From NCBI GenBank assembly GCA_000435755.1, contig FR889080.1, forward strand, positions 14,562 through 78,561: a stretch of DNA of 64,000 nt. Direction: 5' to 3'. The position numbers and the translations under genes were made by a program. The notes below the pieces were generated by a model. It was not told the DNA's origin. It worked only from the letters and a program-made list of their open reading frames with translations, and searched no databases. Positions 18,448 to 28,889 of the stretch are shown in pieces. The stretch is from Clostridium sp. CAG:508 (GTDB lineage Bacteria; Bacillota; Clostridia; TANB77; CAG-508). Numbering within the stretch: position 1 is the first letter of the stretch; every line of letters begins with the position of its first letter.

Positions 18448-20094
18448 TTAATCGGCATTTAAGCTGTTTCCGTACAGCCCCAACTTTTTCAAAAAATAAT
18501 ATATTTTCTGTCCGAATGGTATCATAAAAAGTTCTTCTTTAGAAAATATTTTTAATATAGCTAGGACAACTATATATATTATTGCACACATTAATAGTGA
18601 TAATAACGTTACAATTTTATCATTAATTCTTGTTATCATTACTAAATAAAAAGTATATGCAAATACACTCATAATTATACTTGCTAACATAGGTTTAAAT
18701 ACAAATTTTTTCTTATCTAGCTTTAAGTCTATATTTTTATTTAATATTTTAAGTTCTATAATTACTGCAATCATATGGCATATTACTGTTGAAATTGCTG
18801 CTCCTGCTGTTCCCCCAAGAAAAAAATCTTTTGTATCTATTGGTATTAGATATAAGTTTAATATAAATTTAATTACAACTCCTATTGACAAAGCCATTGC
18901 TGGTGCAAGTACTTTGCCTAATCCATGCAAAGCTCCACTAATTATTTGTTCTATTACAATAAATATTATGCTTAAACAACTTATTTGATATATAAATGCT
19001 CCAGAAGTAGCATTCGGAAATAGCAATTCTAAAATTGGTTTGGCAAATATAATCATTGCTATCATGCAAGGCATTCCAATTAAAATAGATACCAACAAAG
19101 AAAATGATATTCTATTTTTAACTGTTTCCATATTTCCTATTGCTTTAGATGATGAAATTGATGGAACCAAAGCTGTTGCAAACGCCATATTTAGCGACAT
19201 TGGCAAAGTGACTAAGGTATCTACTTTTCCACTTAAAATACCATATTGAATTTTTGCTTGCTCTTCTGTTAAAAATTTTTTTAGTCCTCTCACAACTGTT
19301 AATGAATCAATATTTTTATTCACTGACGCTAGAATTGCACTCATTGACATAGGTATAGAAACTGATAATATTTGTTTTATAGTTTTTATTATTCTAGTTC
19401 TTTTGTATTTTTGACTTCTTTTTAATTCCCACGCAATTTCCTTTCTCATTTTTGCATAATACTTATATAAATAGAAGAAACATAAAATTGTAGCCAAAGT
19501 AGTAGCCAAATTGGCTCCAGCTGCCATTATAACTGTGTCTGTACCTGTAGTCATAGCAATAAATTCTACAATTATTACAGAAAACACTGTTTTAAAAAAT
19601 TGCTCTAAAGTGTGTGCATCTGCTGTAACTTTTAAATTTTGTCTTCCTGTAAAATATCCTTTAATTACACAAGATATTGCTACAAAGAATATTGATGGCG
19701 ATAGTGCCACAAGAGTAAGCTCTGCTTCTGGAATTTGTAAAATAACCTTTGATATATATTCTGCTCCACAAAACAATATTGCACTACTTAAAAATCCTAT
19801 CAAACCAAAGGTTACAAAGGCTATTTTGAAAATTCTATGTGCACCCTTAGTATCTCCTACAGCAACTCTTTCTGAAACAAGTTTTGATAAAGCTCCCGGT
19901 ATACCAACTGAAGATATTGTTAAAAATAAAGCATATACTTGAAATCCGCTGCTGTATATACCATTTCCTTTGTCTCCAAATCCATCTCTATTTGTTAAAT
20001 ATAATTTATATATAAGGCCAAGTGCTTTGATTAAAATTTGTGAAATCATTAAGAATAAAACACCCTTCATAAATCCTTCTTTTTTCTTTTTCAT
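18448..20094 (-). CDS. MOP-superfamily flippase of the SpoVB/YtgP polysaccharide-biosynthesis family
   Basis: 548 aa, about 14 TM. N-terminal motif GNGIYSSGFQVYALFLTISSVGIPGALSKLVSERVAVGDTKGAHRIF resembles SpoVB/YtgP. Confidence 0.7.
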   Translation of the reverse strand: MKKKKEGFMKGVLFLMISQILIKALGLIYKLYLTNRDGFGDKGNGIYSSGFQVYALFLTISSVGIPGALSKLVSERVAVGDTKGAHRIFKIAFVTFGLIGFLSSAILFCGAEYISKVILQIPEAELTLVALSPSIFFVAISCVIKGYFTGRQNLKVTADAHTLEQFFKTVFSVIIVEFIAMTTGTDTVIMAAGANLATTLATILCFFYLYKYYAKMRKEIAWELKRSQKYKRTRIIKTIKQILSVSIPMSMSAILASVNKNIDSLTVVRGLKKFLTEEQAKIQYGILSGKVDTLVTLPMSLNMAFATALVPSISSSKAIGNMETVKNRISFSLLVSILIGMPCMIAMIIFAKPILELLFPNATSGAFIYQISCLSIIFIVIEQIISGALHGLGKVLAPAMALSIGVVIKFILNLYLIPIDTKDFFLGGTAGAAISTVICHMIAVIIELKILNKNIDLKLDKKKFVFKPMLASIIMSVFAYTFYLVMITRINDKIVTLLSLLMCAIIYIVVLAILKIFSKEELFMIPFGQKIYYFLKKLGLYGNSLNAD

Positions 20095-20243
20095 ATAAAC
20101 TCCTTTTTTTCTCTTTAATACATACGAAAAAGATTTGGTATTTATGAATATATATTATGAAGAAAATCTGCGATTTTTTCTACATTTTTCGCAAAAGCTC
20201 TTGTAATTTTCGCGATTTTATAGGATAATATAGTAGTATAGAT

Positions 20244-22625
20244 TTGAAAATGAAAGTGGTGAATTTTTTGAAACTCTTTGATAAATTTTTAAAAGTTTTA
20301 AAAACAGATAGAAACACATTTATGACATATATTCTAACACTTATATCTGCATATATATTAGTGGACAGAATAATGGAATTATTATTTATAATTTTTACGG
20401 GTGTTGGTTTTAGTTATTGGGGACCTATTAAGTACTTTTTCGCATTTGCTTGCTTAGCATTTGCATTCTTCTTCTCAGGTTCTTCAAAATTTGCTAAAGC
20501 TGATGTTAACAAATTAAGATTTTTCCATGCATTTATAGTTAGCTTTTATATTTTAGTTGTATCTGCTGTAGTACAATGGTTAAATCAGATAATTTGGATT
20601 AATTTATTATCACTACCAAATTATCCAGAACTTGCAAGAGATTTCTTTTATTTGTTTAAACCAGCATTTACAGCATTAGGAGTATATATTCCACTTGTTA
20701 CTTTTTATAAAGTACTTAAATGGCTTATCTTTAGTATTAATGATGTTAAAGATATTCGTGATTCAATCTTTGATTATGGTGGAATTAAATTAACATCTGA
20801 TAAAGAAGCTCATGGTGTTTATACTTGTGAAGTAAAAGTATGTGTAGATAGTGAAAGTGGTGAAGATGTTTGCATACCGGAAAAGAAACGTTATGAATCT
20901 TTATTAGTAGTTGGTGTTTCTGGTTCTGGTAAAACAACAATGGTTTATGAACCAATGCTTGCAAGAGATATTGAAAGAAAATCATTTTTTAAAGAAGTAT
21001 CTAAAGAAATGGGATTTACAGCATTAAAAACTGGGTTGGCTAGTTTAAACTGTCCATATGATAACGATTATATAAACGAAAATTTCTCATTGGATATGTT
21101 AATTCCAAAAGAGGAAAAATTAGATACATATAAAAACTATATGAAGAAAATGATAATTTCAAGTTCAGGTAGTAAAATTATTTATCGTAATATGGGTATT
21201 ACTTATGTTTCAGCTGAAATTGAGTCAGTATCAAAAATTGCTAAAGTTGCTGAAAACTTCCATATTCCTGTTAATATAGTAGATCCAAATCGTGCAGACT
21301 CACCTGGCTTAAACCCATTCGTATATAAGGATCCTATCAAAACAGGACTTGCAGTTTCTTCAGTTTTAAAAGGTTTATACTTACACAGTAGACCAGATAC
21401 AGAACTTGCATTTAGAGAAAATGAAGCTGTCCAAGTAATTGAAAATATATCTATTTTGTTAAAAGAAATGTATCCATTAGAACATGAAGGCTTGTTACCT
21501 AACTTAGAAGATGTATTAGATTTACTTACAGACTTCGACTTAGTAGTAGACTATGTAGAAAAAATGAAACAAATTCCAGAATTTGCTGAAAAATATCGTA
21601 TTTTAATTAGATATTTTGAAAATAATTTTTACCCAGATAGTTCAAACTTATTAAATGCAAAACGTTCTACAACAACTGCTTCTGCTGAGATTGATAACTT
21701 ACTACGTTATCCTGGTGTAAAAACAATATTGTGTAATCGTTCAAATAACTTGGATTATGAAAAAATATTATCAGAAGGTCAAGTTACTTTACTATGTACT
21801 CGTAGAGGAGACTTAGGCGAAACTGCTCATAAAGCTTTTGGTTTATTTTTCTTATTGTTAATGCAACAAGCAATTCTTGCTAGACCAGGAAATGACAGTA
21901 CTCGTATTCCTCATTTCTTATATATAGATGACTTCCCTGCATACATTTGTAAAGCAACAGAACCTATTTATACATTATATAGAAAATACAATGTTGCAAC
22001 CGTGTTAGATTCTCAAAACTTAACACAATTAAAAGGTGACTTATCTGCTGACCCTAGAGGAGATTATTACAAAAACTTAATTTTATCAAATACAGTTAAT
22101 AAATTAATCTTTGGTAATGCAACTCCAGAAGATGTTGCATGGTGGGAAACAGCAATGCAAGATAAGAGAGAATGGACATTTAGCAATACTTATTTGGCTG
22201 ATAAGACTGAGTATGACTCTAAGAAAGGTAATATCGAATACAAGTGGAAAGCTAATTTTGCAAAAGGTAAAATAATGGCATTGAAAGGAAAGCAAGTTAT
22301 TTACAAGGTTAAAGACTTAGGTGGAAAAAGCGCTGTCAATAAAGGTAAAGTTGATTTTATGGAAGCTAAGTATAAGGATGTTCAAAAGGTTAAAACATAT
22401 AACTTTACAAAATTTGGAGGTAGCTTGCTAGACCCAGAATCTGCTGCTAGAAAAGCTCTAAATAAGAAAAAAGTTGATTATGCAGCTGTTACTGCAAGCA
22501 ATGATAATTATGATGTAGACCGTGAAGTTGATCCAATTCAAACAGATACTTCAGATTCTAAATATTTATTTGATAATGAAGAGGCAATTGTAGTTAACTT
22601 CAAAAACAAAAAGAAAACAAATTAA
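20244..22625 (+). CDS. Membrane-anchored P-loop ATPase resembling type IV coupling proteins (VirD4/TraG/TraD family)
   Basis: Roughly 4 N-terminal TM helices. Walker A VVGVSGSGKTT. Segment VDPNRADSPGLNPF resembles the T4CP DPKGE...NP(F/L) region. Walker B-like FLYIDDF. Lys-rich C-terminal tail. Weak RBS, so the start is uncertain. Confidence 0.55.
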   Translation: MKMKVVNFLKLFDKFLKVLKTDRNTFMTYILTLISAYILVDRIMELLFIIFTGVGFSYWGPIKYFFAFACLAFAFFFSGSSKFAKADVNKLRFFHAFIVSFYILVVSAVVQWLNQIIWINLLSLPNYPELARDFFYLFKPAFTALGVYIPLVTFYKVLKWLIFSINDVKDIRDSIFDYGGIKLTSDKEAHGVYTCEVKVCVDSESGEDVCIPEKKRYESLLVVGVSGSGKTTMVYEPMLARDIERKSFFKEVSKEMGFTALKTGLASLNCPYDNDYINENFSLDMLIPKEEKLDTYKNYMKKMIISSSGSKIIYRNMGITYVSAEIESVSKIAKVAENFHIPVNIVDPNRADSPGLNPFVYKDPIKTGLAVSSVLKGLYLHSRPDTELAFRENEAVQVIENISILLKEMYPLEHEGLLPNLEDVLDLLTDFDLVVDYVEKMKQIPEFAEKYRILIRYFENNFYPDSSNLLNAKRSTTTASAEIDNLLRYPGVKTILCNRSNNLDYEKILSEGQVTLLCTRRGDLGETAHKAFGLFFLLLMQQAILARPGNDSTRIPHFLYIDDFPAYICKATEPIYTLYRKYNVATVLDSQNLTQLKGDLSADPRGDYYKNLILSNTVNKLIFGNATPEDVAWWETAMQDKREWTFSNTYLADKTEYDSKKGNIEYKWKANFAKGKIMALKGKQVIYKVKDLGGKSAVNKGKVDFMEAKYKDVQKVKTYNFTKFGGSLLDPESAARKALNKKKVDYAAVTASNDNYDVDREVDPIQTDTSDSKYLFDNEEAIVVNFKNKKKTN

Positions 22626-22627
22626 AA

Positions 22628-22660
22628 AAAATAACACTCTTTTTATAGAGTGTTATTTTT
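22628..22660. terminator. Bidirectional terminator between the convergent genes
   Basis: aaaataacactct ttttat agagtgttatttt. Confidence 0.65.
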
Positions 22661-22664
22661 TTTA

Positions 22665-23606
22665 TTATATTCCTAATAATTTGACTTCAATATTTTCCAT
22701 CTTATATTTTTTTGTTTCTGAGTCTACTACAAATTGTACTAATGTTTTTTCTAGAGTCTCTTCATTTTGTCTTAAATCCGTAGTGAAGTATAATCTTATA
22801 TTAGAAATTTCTACTTTATTCATAACTATTGCTTTAAATGTTTCTGCCATATGTTTATCATCTTCACATATTATTATTAATTGTGGTAAATTCATATATC
22901 CTGAATCACCTGCCTGGAAGTTTTCGTAAAAGTCTTTATATAATTTCATTTTATCAACTAACTTTTTCTCCCAGTCATCTTCTCTTCTAATTACTTCAAA
23001 TACAAATTCTAAAGATTTATTGTTCTTAGTTAATTTTACACTTCCACCACTTGCCTTAAATACTTTTCCTGCTTGTTTAGCAGTAAAACTTGGCTTTGGT
23101 ATATATGACTCAAAAGCTTTTACCTTTCTTAAATATGCTATTAAAGTTTGATTTCCTGCCAGTCTTTTCTTTATCATTGCAACTGGTTTTGTGTTGTCTG
23201 TTGGTTGCCATTTACATTCAGTTCCACGAGAATTCAATAAATATTTTCCCATTTTCTCTAAGCAATAAATTCTATAAATTCCCTTTCCATCTTCTGAATT
23301 AAAATAATATCTAGTTAATATTTTAGTTTTTACCAATTGTTCTAACTTATTGTTTAGCTTGTCTTGTGATCCTACTTCTATTCCTTTCCATTCTAACATT
23401 TGTAGCAATTGTCTTGATGTCATAAATTCAAATTCGTTTACTAATTCAATAATGGCAAAGTGTATATCTGAAATATGTCCTATGTTTATTCTATGTATAA
23501 TTTGGTTCATAGAAACATATCCATCTTTACCATCAAATACCTTTAATTCTCCTTCTCTAATTGCAAAAGGCGATACAGTTGCCTTTATCTCATTATCTTT
23601 TACCAT
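22665..23606 (-). CDS. Winged-helix DNA-binding protein, possibly replication-relaxation family
   Basis: N-terminal HTH-like IIELVNEFEFMTSRQLLQMLEW plus a wing (TRYYFNSEDGKGIYRIYCLEKMG). 313 aa. Strong RBS GGAGGAG. Perfect palindrome just upstream. Confidence 0.45.
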   Translation of the reverse strand: MVKDNEIKATVSPFAIREGELKVFDGKDGYVSMNQIIHRINIGHISDIHFAIIELVNEFEFMTSRQLLQMLEWKGIEVGSQDKLNNKLEQLVKTKILTRYYFNSEDGKGIYRIYCLEKMGKYLLNSRGTECKWQPTDNTKPVAMIKKRLAGNQTLIAYLRKVKAFESYIPKPSFTAKQAGKVFKASGGSVKLTKNNKSLEFVFEVIRREDDWEKKLVDKMKLYKDFYENFQAGDSGYMNLPQLIIICEDDKHMAETFKAIVMNKVEISNIRLYFTTDLRQNEETLEKTLVQFVVDSETKKYKMENIEVKLLGI

Positions 23607-23620
23607 TTTACTCCTCCTTC

Positions 23621-23639
23621 TAATCTTTAATAAAGATTA
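23621..23639. promoter_or_regulatory. Perfect 19 bp palindrome TAATCTTTAATAAAGATTA next to the RBS of the 22665-23606 gene (candidate operator)
   Basis: Direct reading; centred about 25 nt upstream of the start codon. Confidence 0.5.
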
Positions 23640-23757
23640 AAAAATTTTATTAAGCATAGCCAATAGGTATACGCATAGTAGTTTGCTATATAATTGTTCA
23701 TACAACCAGTATCAACAACTGTTAATATATTAACACATATTTTAAATTTAGTCAAAA

Positions 23758-24474
23758 TTATGTTAATATTTGTTTTACTTCTTTATTAGTTAAATATCTA
23801 AACTCTCCTAATTTTAAATCTTTTACTTCAATATCTCCAATTTTGCTTCTATGTAAAGCTAGTACTTTTTTTCCTATTGCTTCACACATTCTTCTTACTT
23901 GTCTATTCTTTCCCTCATGTATTGTAATTTCTATTCTGGAAATATTTTTTTCTTCATCTACTTTCATTATTCTAACTTGTGCAGGCTTTGTTATATAGCC
24001 TCCTATATCTACACCATTTCTTAAATTTTCTACTTCTTCGTTAGTAATTTTTCCTTTTACAGTTACTTGATATGTTTTATTTATTTCATGTTTTGGATGT
24101 GTAACTTGATATATAAAATCTCCATCATTGCTTAATATCAAAGCTCCCGAGGTATACATATCAAGTCTTCCAACAGGTACTACACTTTCTTTAATCCTTT
24201 TTAAAAGTTCCATTACTGTTGGCCTATTAAATTGATCTTTTACTGTACTAACATACCCTATAGGCTTATTAAGTAATATATATACCTTTTTTACATCAGT
24301 TTCAACTAGTTTGTCATTATATTTTATTTTATCTTTTTCAGGATTTATTTTAGTTCCAAGCTCTGTTACAACTTGTCCATTTACTTTTACTTTACCTGCT
24401 AAAATATATTCTTCTGCTTTTCTTCTAGAGCAAATTCCTTGATTCGCCAAAAATTTTTGTAATCTTTCTTCCAT
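23758..24474 (-). CDS. RsuA/RluB-family rRNA pseudouridine synthase with S4 domain
   Basis: N-terminal S4 motif RLQKFLANQGICSRRKAEEYI. Catalytic region PVGRLDMYTSGALILSNDG. Confidence 0.8.
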   Translation of the reverse strand: MEERLQKFLANQGICSRRKAEEYILAGKVKVNGQVVTELGTKINPEKDKIKYNDKLVETDVKKVYILLNKPIGYVSTVKDQFNRPTVMELLKRIKESVVPVGRLDMYTSGALILSNDGDFIYQVTHPKHEINKTYQVTVKGKITNEEVENLRNGVDIGGYITKPAQVRIMKVDEEKNISRIEITIHEGKNRQVRRMCEAIGKKVLALHRSKIGDIEVKDLKLGEFRYLTNKEVKQILT

Positions 24475-24476
24475 TT

Positions 24477-25376
24477 TTACTCCTGTTTTAATCTATTTAA
24501 AATTTCCGTAAAGTATTCTGGCAATGGTGCTTCCAAATGCATTTGTTTTCCTGTTATAGGGTGTTTAAATTCTAGGCTTTTAGCGTGTAGCATTTGGCCT
24601 TGAATATTAAATTCATTCTTACCATTTGAATATGTATAATCACCTACCACAGGATGTCCTATCTCTGCCATATGCACTCTAATTTGATGTGTTCTCCCTG
24701 TCTCTATGGCAACTTCTAGGTATGTATATTTTTCAAATCTTTCTAATACTTTAAAATGCGTAATAGCTACTTTTCCTTTTTTATCAACTGCCATTTTCTT
24801 TCTATCCTTTGTGCTTCTTGCTATTGGCATATTTATAGTCGCCTCATTCTCTGGAATAACTCCTCGAACTAATGCTAAATAAACTTTTTTCACTTCTCTA
24901 TTTTGAATTTGTTCGCTCAAATTTATATGAGCTTTATCATTTTTTGCAACAATTATCAATCCTGAGGTATCTTTATCAAGTCTGTGTACAATTCCTGGTC
25001 TAAACTCTCCACCAATTCCAGATAGTTTGCCTTTGCAATGTGCCATAACAGCATTTACTAATGTCCCATCTGGATTTCCCACTGCTGGATGTACCACCAT
25101 ACCTTTTGGTTTATTTACTACTAAAATGTCATCATCTTCATATATGACATCAAGTGGGATGTCTTGTGATTTTAAATCAGTTTCTTTAACCTCAGGTATG
25201 TTTATTATAATTTCATCTCCAGCTTGTACTTTATATGAAGCTTTTTGAGGTTTATCATTTACTAATATTTGATTATCCTCAATAAGCTTTTGTATCATCG
25301 CTCTAGATATTTCTACTTTTTGTTTACTAATATATTTATCTAGTCTTTCTGCTTCTCCTTGTACAATAATTTTCAA
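24477..25376 (-). CDS. rluD: RluA-family 23S rRNA pseudouridine synthase (RluD-like)
   Basis: S4-like N-terminus and HRLDKDTSGLIIVAKN catalytic motif. 299 aa. Confidence 0.85.
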   Translation of the reverse strand: MKIIVQGEAERLDKYISKQKVEISRAMIQKLIEDNQILVNDKPQKASYKVQAGDEIIINIPEVKETDLKSQDIPLDVIYEDDDILVVNKPKGMVVHPAVGNPDGTLVNAVMAHCKGKLSGIGGEFRPGIVHRLDKDTSGLIIVAKNDKAHINLSEQIQNREVKKVYLALVRGVIPENEATINMPIARSTKDRKKMAVDKKGKVAITHFKVLERFEKYTYLEVAIETGRTHQIRVHMAEIGHPVVGDYTYSNGKNEFNIQGQMLHAKSLEFKHPITGKQMHLEAPLPEYFTEILNRLKQE

Positions 25377-25388
25377 TGTTTTCTCCTT

Positions 25389-27071
25389 TTATTTTGATAG
25401 TCTTTCATATATTATAAAATTATCATCTTGATATATTTCGTTATAATTTTTATCTTTTGATAAAAGCATTTTTAATTTTGTATTTTTTCTCAAGATTACA
25501 TGTGTTACATCATATTTTTCAAATGTATCTTCATAGTATTTACTGCCATTTGAAGTATTTATATAATCAGTAAAAATATCTCTTCCTTCATATTTTCCAT
25601 CTTTATTTTTTGTTCCATTAAACTCAGGTGCATATAAGTCTGCTCTTGAATCTATAAATACTGGTATTCCTCTATATAGTAAGTAACTTCCATAATTATA
25701 TTCGTTAAATAGATGCATATTTTCTAGGTCTAGATTTTCTAAAATATAATTTGCTGCTTCTACTGGATATGTTTTTTCATTTACAAATTTATCACCCATT
25801 TTGCCTTTATATATCATAAAACTTACAAGTATAACAAGCAAAATTGTAAATACTTTTCCTAGTAATGATGTCATACCTTGCATAATCTTTTTGGTTCCAT
25901 CTTTATCATATTTGGCAAAAAAGCTTGCAACCATCTTAGCAAATATAAAGCCACATATTATAACAAACATTGATGCTTGTCTTCTCGTCATAAGGGTTAA
26001 CAGAGTAAGTCCTGCTAACATAAAAAAGTCTCTTAAGGTAGCTTTGGTATCTGTAAATATTAAGAATATTATAAACACAGCAAATACAGTTAACATTTCT
26101 TTGTTATTTATTAAAGTTAATGGTTGATGTTCACTAATATTTTGTGTCGTATTTCCTTGCATTAATTTTGGTAACAAAGTATATGGTGTATCACCTATTG
26201 GTGTTAACAAGCCTGTAAATGCGCAAATAATCATAATAAGTATAAGCCATTTTACCATAGGCTCTTTTTTGAAGATAACCTTATATGATTTTTTCTCTCT
26301 TTCTTTTCTAGCTTGTGCTGCATTTTCTTTATCTAATTGCAAATGCGCAATTTTCTCTTGATATTGTCCAATTTCATCAAGTTTACCTTTTTTAGTTAAT
26401 TTCTTTATTTTAAATTCATTCCATTTAATAGCAAACCAGTAATATAATTGTACTTCTACTAAAACTGCTAATAAATATTCTACAACATATGGTAAATACA
26501 ATACAAAGTAAAATGGCCATACTGCGCAATGTAAGTTAGCTATTAATATTGGAATTATAACTAAATAAACAGCATATCTTTTCTTTTTTGTGCTTATAAA
26601 TTGTTCTATAAATAATATGGTTAATGCAAATAATATAAATGTTACTAACTGTGCTCTAGCAGCAATGAAATTTTTTAACAGATACATCGTTGCCATTGTA
26701 ACAAAAAATGATACAAATTGATTTTTGCACAATTTACATGATGCAAAATAAATTACTAACCCAAGTATCATACAAAGTATAATAGTTGCAATATATAGAG
26801 AACAGAATCCACCAATTCCTATATTCTCGCCAAAATCATACACTAAGTAAGTACTAACATCATATAACCAGTGATTATATGTATATGGTAGGTCTTCATG
26901 CCATGAAAATGGGTCTTGCATGTCTATTTCCCCTGTTTGTACAATGTGCTCACCTATTTTTATAGTATAATATGTATCATTTTGAAATGTAATTGGTGTT
27001 AAAGCAAAACAAAATATTAAAATGCAAAATACAGCCAATACATTAAATTTCATTTTTAACTTGTCCTTCAT
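25389..27071 (-). CDS. Large polytopic membrane protein, possibly a GT-C-type glycosyltransferase-like protein
   Basis: 560 aa, more than 10 TM. Large first extracytoplasmic loop with conserved acidic/aromatic residues. No confident family assignment. Confidence 0.4.
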   Translation of the reverse strand: MKDKLKMKFNVLAVFCILIFCFALTPITFQNDTYYTIKIGEHIVQTGEIDMQDPFSWHEDLPYTYNHWLYDVSTYLVYDFGENIGIGGFCSLYIATIILCMILGLVIYFASCKLCKNQFVSFFVTMATMYLLKNFIAARAQLVTFILFALTILFIEQFISTKKKRYAVYLVIIPILIANLHCAVWPFYFVLYLPYVVEYLLAVLVEVQLYYWFAIKWNEFKIKKLTKKGKLDEIGQYQEKIAHLQLDKENAAQARKEREKKSYKVIFKKEPMVKWLILIMIICAFTGLLTPIGDTPYTLLPKLMQGNTTQNISEHQPLTLINNKEMLTVFAVFIIFLIFTDTKATLRDFFMLAGLTLLTLMTRRQASMFVIICGFIFAKMVASFFAKYDKDGTKKIMQGMTSLLGKVFTILLVILVSFMIYKGKMGDKFVNEKTYPVEAANYILENLDLENMHLFNEYNYGSYLLYRGIPVFIDSRADLYAPEFNGTKNKDGKYEGRDIFTDYINTSNGSKYYEDTFEKYDVTHVILRKNTKLKMLLSKDKNYNEIYQDDNFIIYERLSK

Positions 27072-27091
27072 TTATTTAAATCTCCTCACTT

Positions 27092-27829
27092 TTAAATATC
27101 AAATTCTGCAAAAACAGCATCATGATCAGATACTCCATTTACATTTATTGTTTCATACTTATTTAATCTAATTCCTTTTGAATAAAAAATAGTATCAATA
27201 CAGCCTTTTCCAAGTTCTGAAAACCATGTGTCTTTTTTATTTGGTAATTGTTCTAATTGTTTTTTTAATATCTCATATTCTTCATAGGTTTCTGCTTCTT
27301 CAAAGGTATATTGTCCTTTGCCAAGTCTTGTAACACCAACATTAAAATCTCCACCCATTATAATTAATTCATTTGGATCTATTTTTTTCATTATTCTATT
27401 TATTTCTTTTGCTGCTAATATTCTCTCATCTTGATATGTAGATAAATGCACTGAGAATAAATTTATTTTGGTTGTTCCAAATGATATTCTATTACACAAA
27501 ATTCCTCTTTGCTCATGATTCATATCTGTAAGTGGCATTAAGTAATTTGTTGAAAATGAAATTGGAAATCTACTAATTATTCCATCTCCATAATAGCCAT
27601 CTTCTAAAGTTATATTGCTTTCCATTGAACAATAATATAAACCAATAGCTTTGCTAAATTCTCTAATTTGGTTCATATCTCCTGCTCTTTTGGTGTACAT
27701 ATCTACTTCTTGCAAAAACACAATATCTGGTTTATATTCTTTAATCACTTCTGCTTGTCTTTGCAAATCAACTTTTCCATCCATTCCTCTTCCATGTGCA
27801 ACATTGAAAGTAATAATTTTTAAAATCAT
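27092..27829 (-). CDS. Endonuclease/exonuclease/phosphatase (EEP) family protein
   Basis: ITFNVAHGRG, GGDFNV and SDHDAV motifs. Confidence 0.75.
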   Translation of the reverse strand: MILKIITFNVAHGRGMDGKVDLQRQAEVIKEYKPDIVFLQEVDMYTKRAGDMNQIREFSKAIGLYYCSMESNITLEDGYYGDGIISRFPISFSTNYLMPLTDMNHEQRGILCNRISFGTTKINLFSVHLSTYQDERILAAKEINRIMKKIDPNELIIMGGDFNVGVTRLGKGQYTFEEAETYEEYEILKKQLEQLPNKKDTWFSELGKGCIDTIFYSKGIRLNKYETINVNGVSDHDAVFAEFDI

Positions 27830-27932
27830 TTTACCACCAACCTTTTTTATATATTCGCATTATATCAAATTTACCGTATATAAACAAGTAAACTATAAAA
27901 AAGAAGTGATTTTTTCAATCACCTCTTATACT

Positions 27933-28814
27933 CTATCCATTGATTTGTTTTGCAACTTCTTCTGCAAAGTTTTCTTCTCTTTTTTGTAGTCCTTCACCTT
28001 TTTCAAATCTAGCAAATCTAACTACTTTAGCTCCTTTAGATTCAACTAATTTTCCAACTTTTTGGTCTGGATCTTTTACGAAGTCTTGCTCTACTAAACA
28101 AATTTCTCCATAGAATTTTCCAATTCTACCTTGTACTATTTTTTCAGCAACTGCTTCTGGTTTTCCTTCATTAACAGCTTGTGCTTTTAAAATTTCCATT
28201 TCATGTGCTACTCTGTCAGCTGGAACACTTTCTCTATCTAAGTATTCTGGTTTAGCAGCAGCTATTTGCATACAAATATCTTTTGCTAATGTGCTGTCTC
28301 CACCTTCTAATTCAACTAGAACACCGATTTTTCCGTCTCCATGAATGTAGCTTTCTACTAATCCATTTGATTCAAATCTTTCAAATCTACGAATTGACAT
28401 ATTTTCACCAATTGTAGCTATTTTGTTTGTTAATACATCTTTAACTGTTTTATCTGGTTCTACAATTGAAGGTTGTTCTAATAACTCTTCTACTGTAGCT
28501 GGATTTTTTTCAGCAACTTGTTTTGCAACATCTGCTACAAAGCTTCTAAATTCTTCGTTTTTAGCAACGAAGTCTGTTTCTGCATTAACTTCAACTACAA
28601 CACCTATTTTTTTGTCATCTGTTACATATGTTGTAACTAAACCTTCTGCTGCGATTCTATCTGATTTTTTAGCAGCTTTTGCAATTCCTCTTTCACGTAA
28701 AAGTTCAATTGCTTTTTCTTCATCTCCATTAGTTTCTGTTAATACTTTTTTGCAGTCCATCATTCCTGCACCTGTTTTTTCTCTTAACTCTTTTACTTGT
28801 TCTGCAGTAATCAT
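27933..28814 (-). CDS. tsf: Elongation factor Ts
   Basis: MITAEQVKELREKTGAGMMDCKKVL and the rest of the EF-Ts fold. 293 aa. Confidence 0.95.
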   Translation of the reverse strand: MITAEQVKELREKTGAGMMDCKKVLTETNGDEEKAIELLRERGIAKAAKKSDRIAAEGLVTTYVTDDKKIGVVVEVNAETDFVAKNEEFRSFVADVAKQVAEKNPATVEELLEQPSIVEPDKTVKDVLTNKIATIGENMSIRRFERFESNGLVESYIHGDGKIGVLVELEGGDSTLAKDICMQIAAAKPEYLDRESVPADRVAHEMEILKAQAVNEGKPEAVAEKIVQGRIGKFYGEICLVEQDFVKDPDQKVGKLVESKGAKVVRFARFEKGEGLQKREENFAEEVAKQING

Positions 28815-28889
28815 AAAAAATCCTCCTTTTTTTGATTAAAGGATGTACTTTTTAAGAATAAGTACATCCTTCTTAAAATAATATTTATA

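Noticed and set aside
20160-20225. CGATTTT-containing direct repeats (tgcgatttttt / tttttcgc / ttcgcgatttta) in the divergent promoter between the SpoVB-like gene and the ATPase gene
   Set aside because: The copies are short and imperfect and are not in inverted orientation. In a 27% GC spacer such T-rich near-repeats arise by chance.
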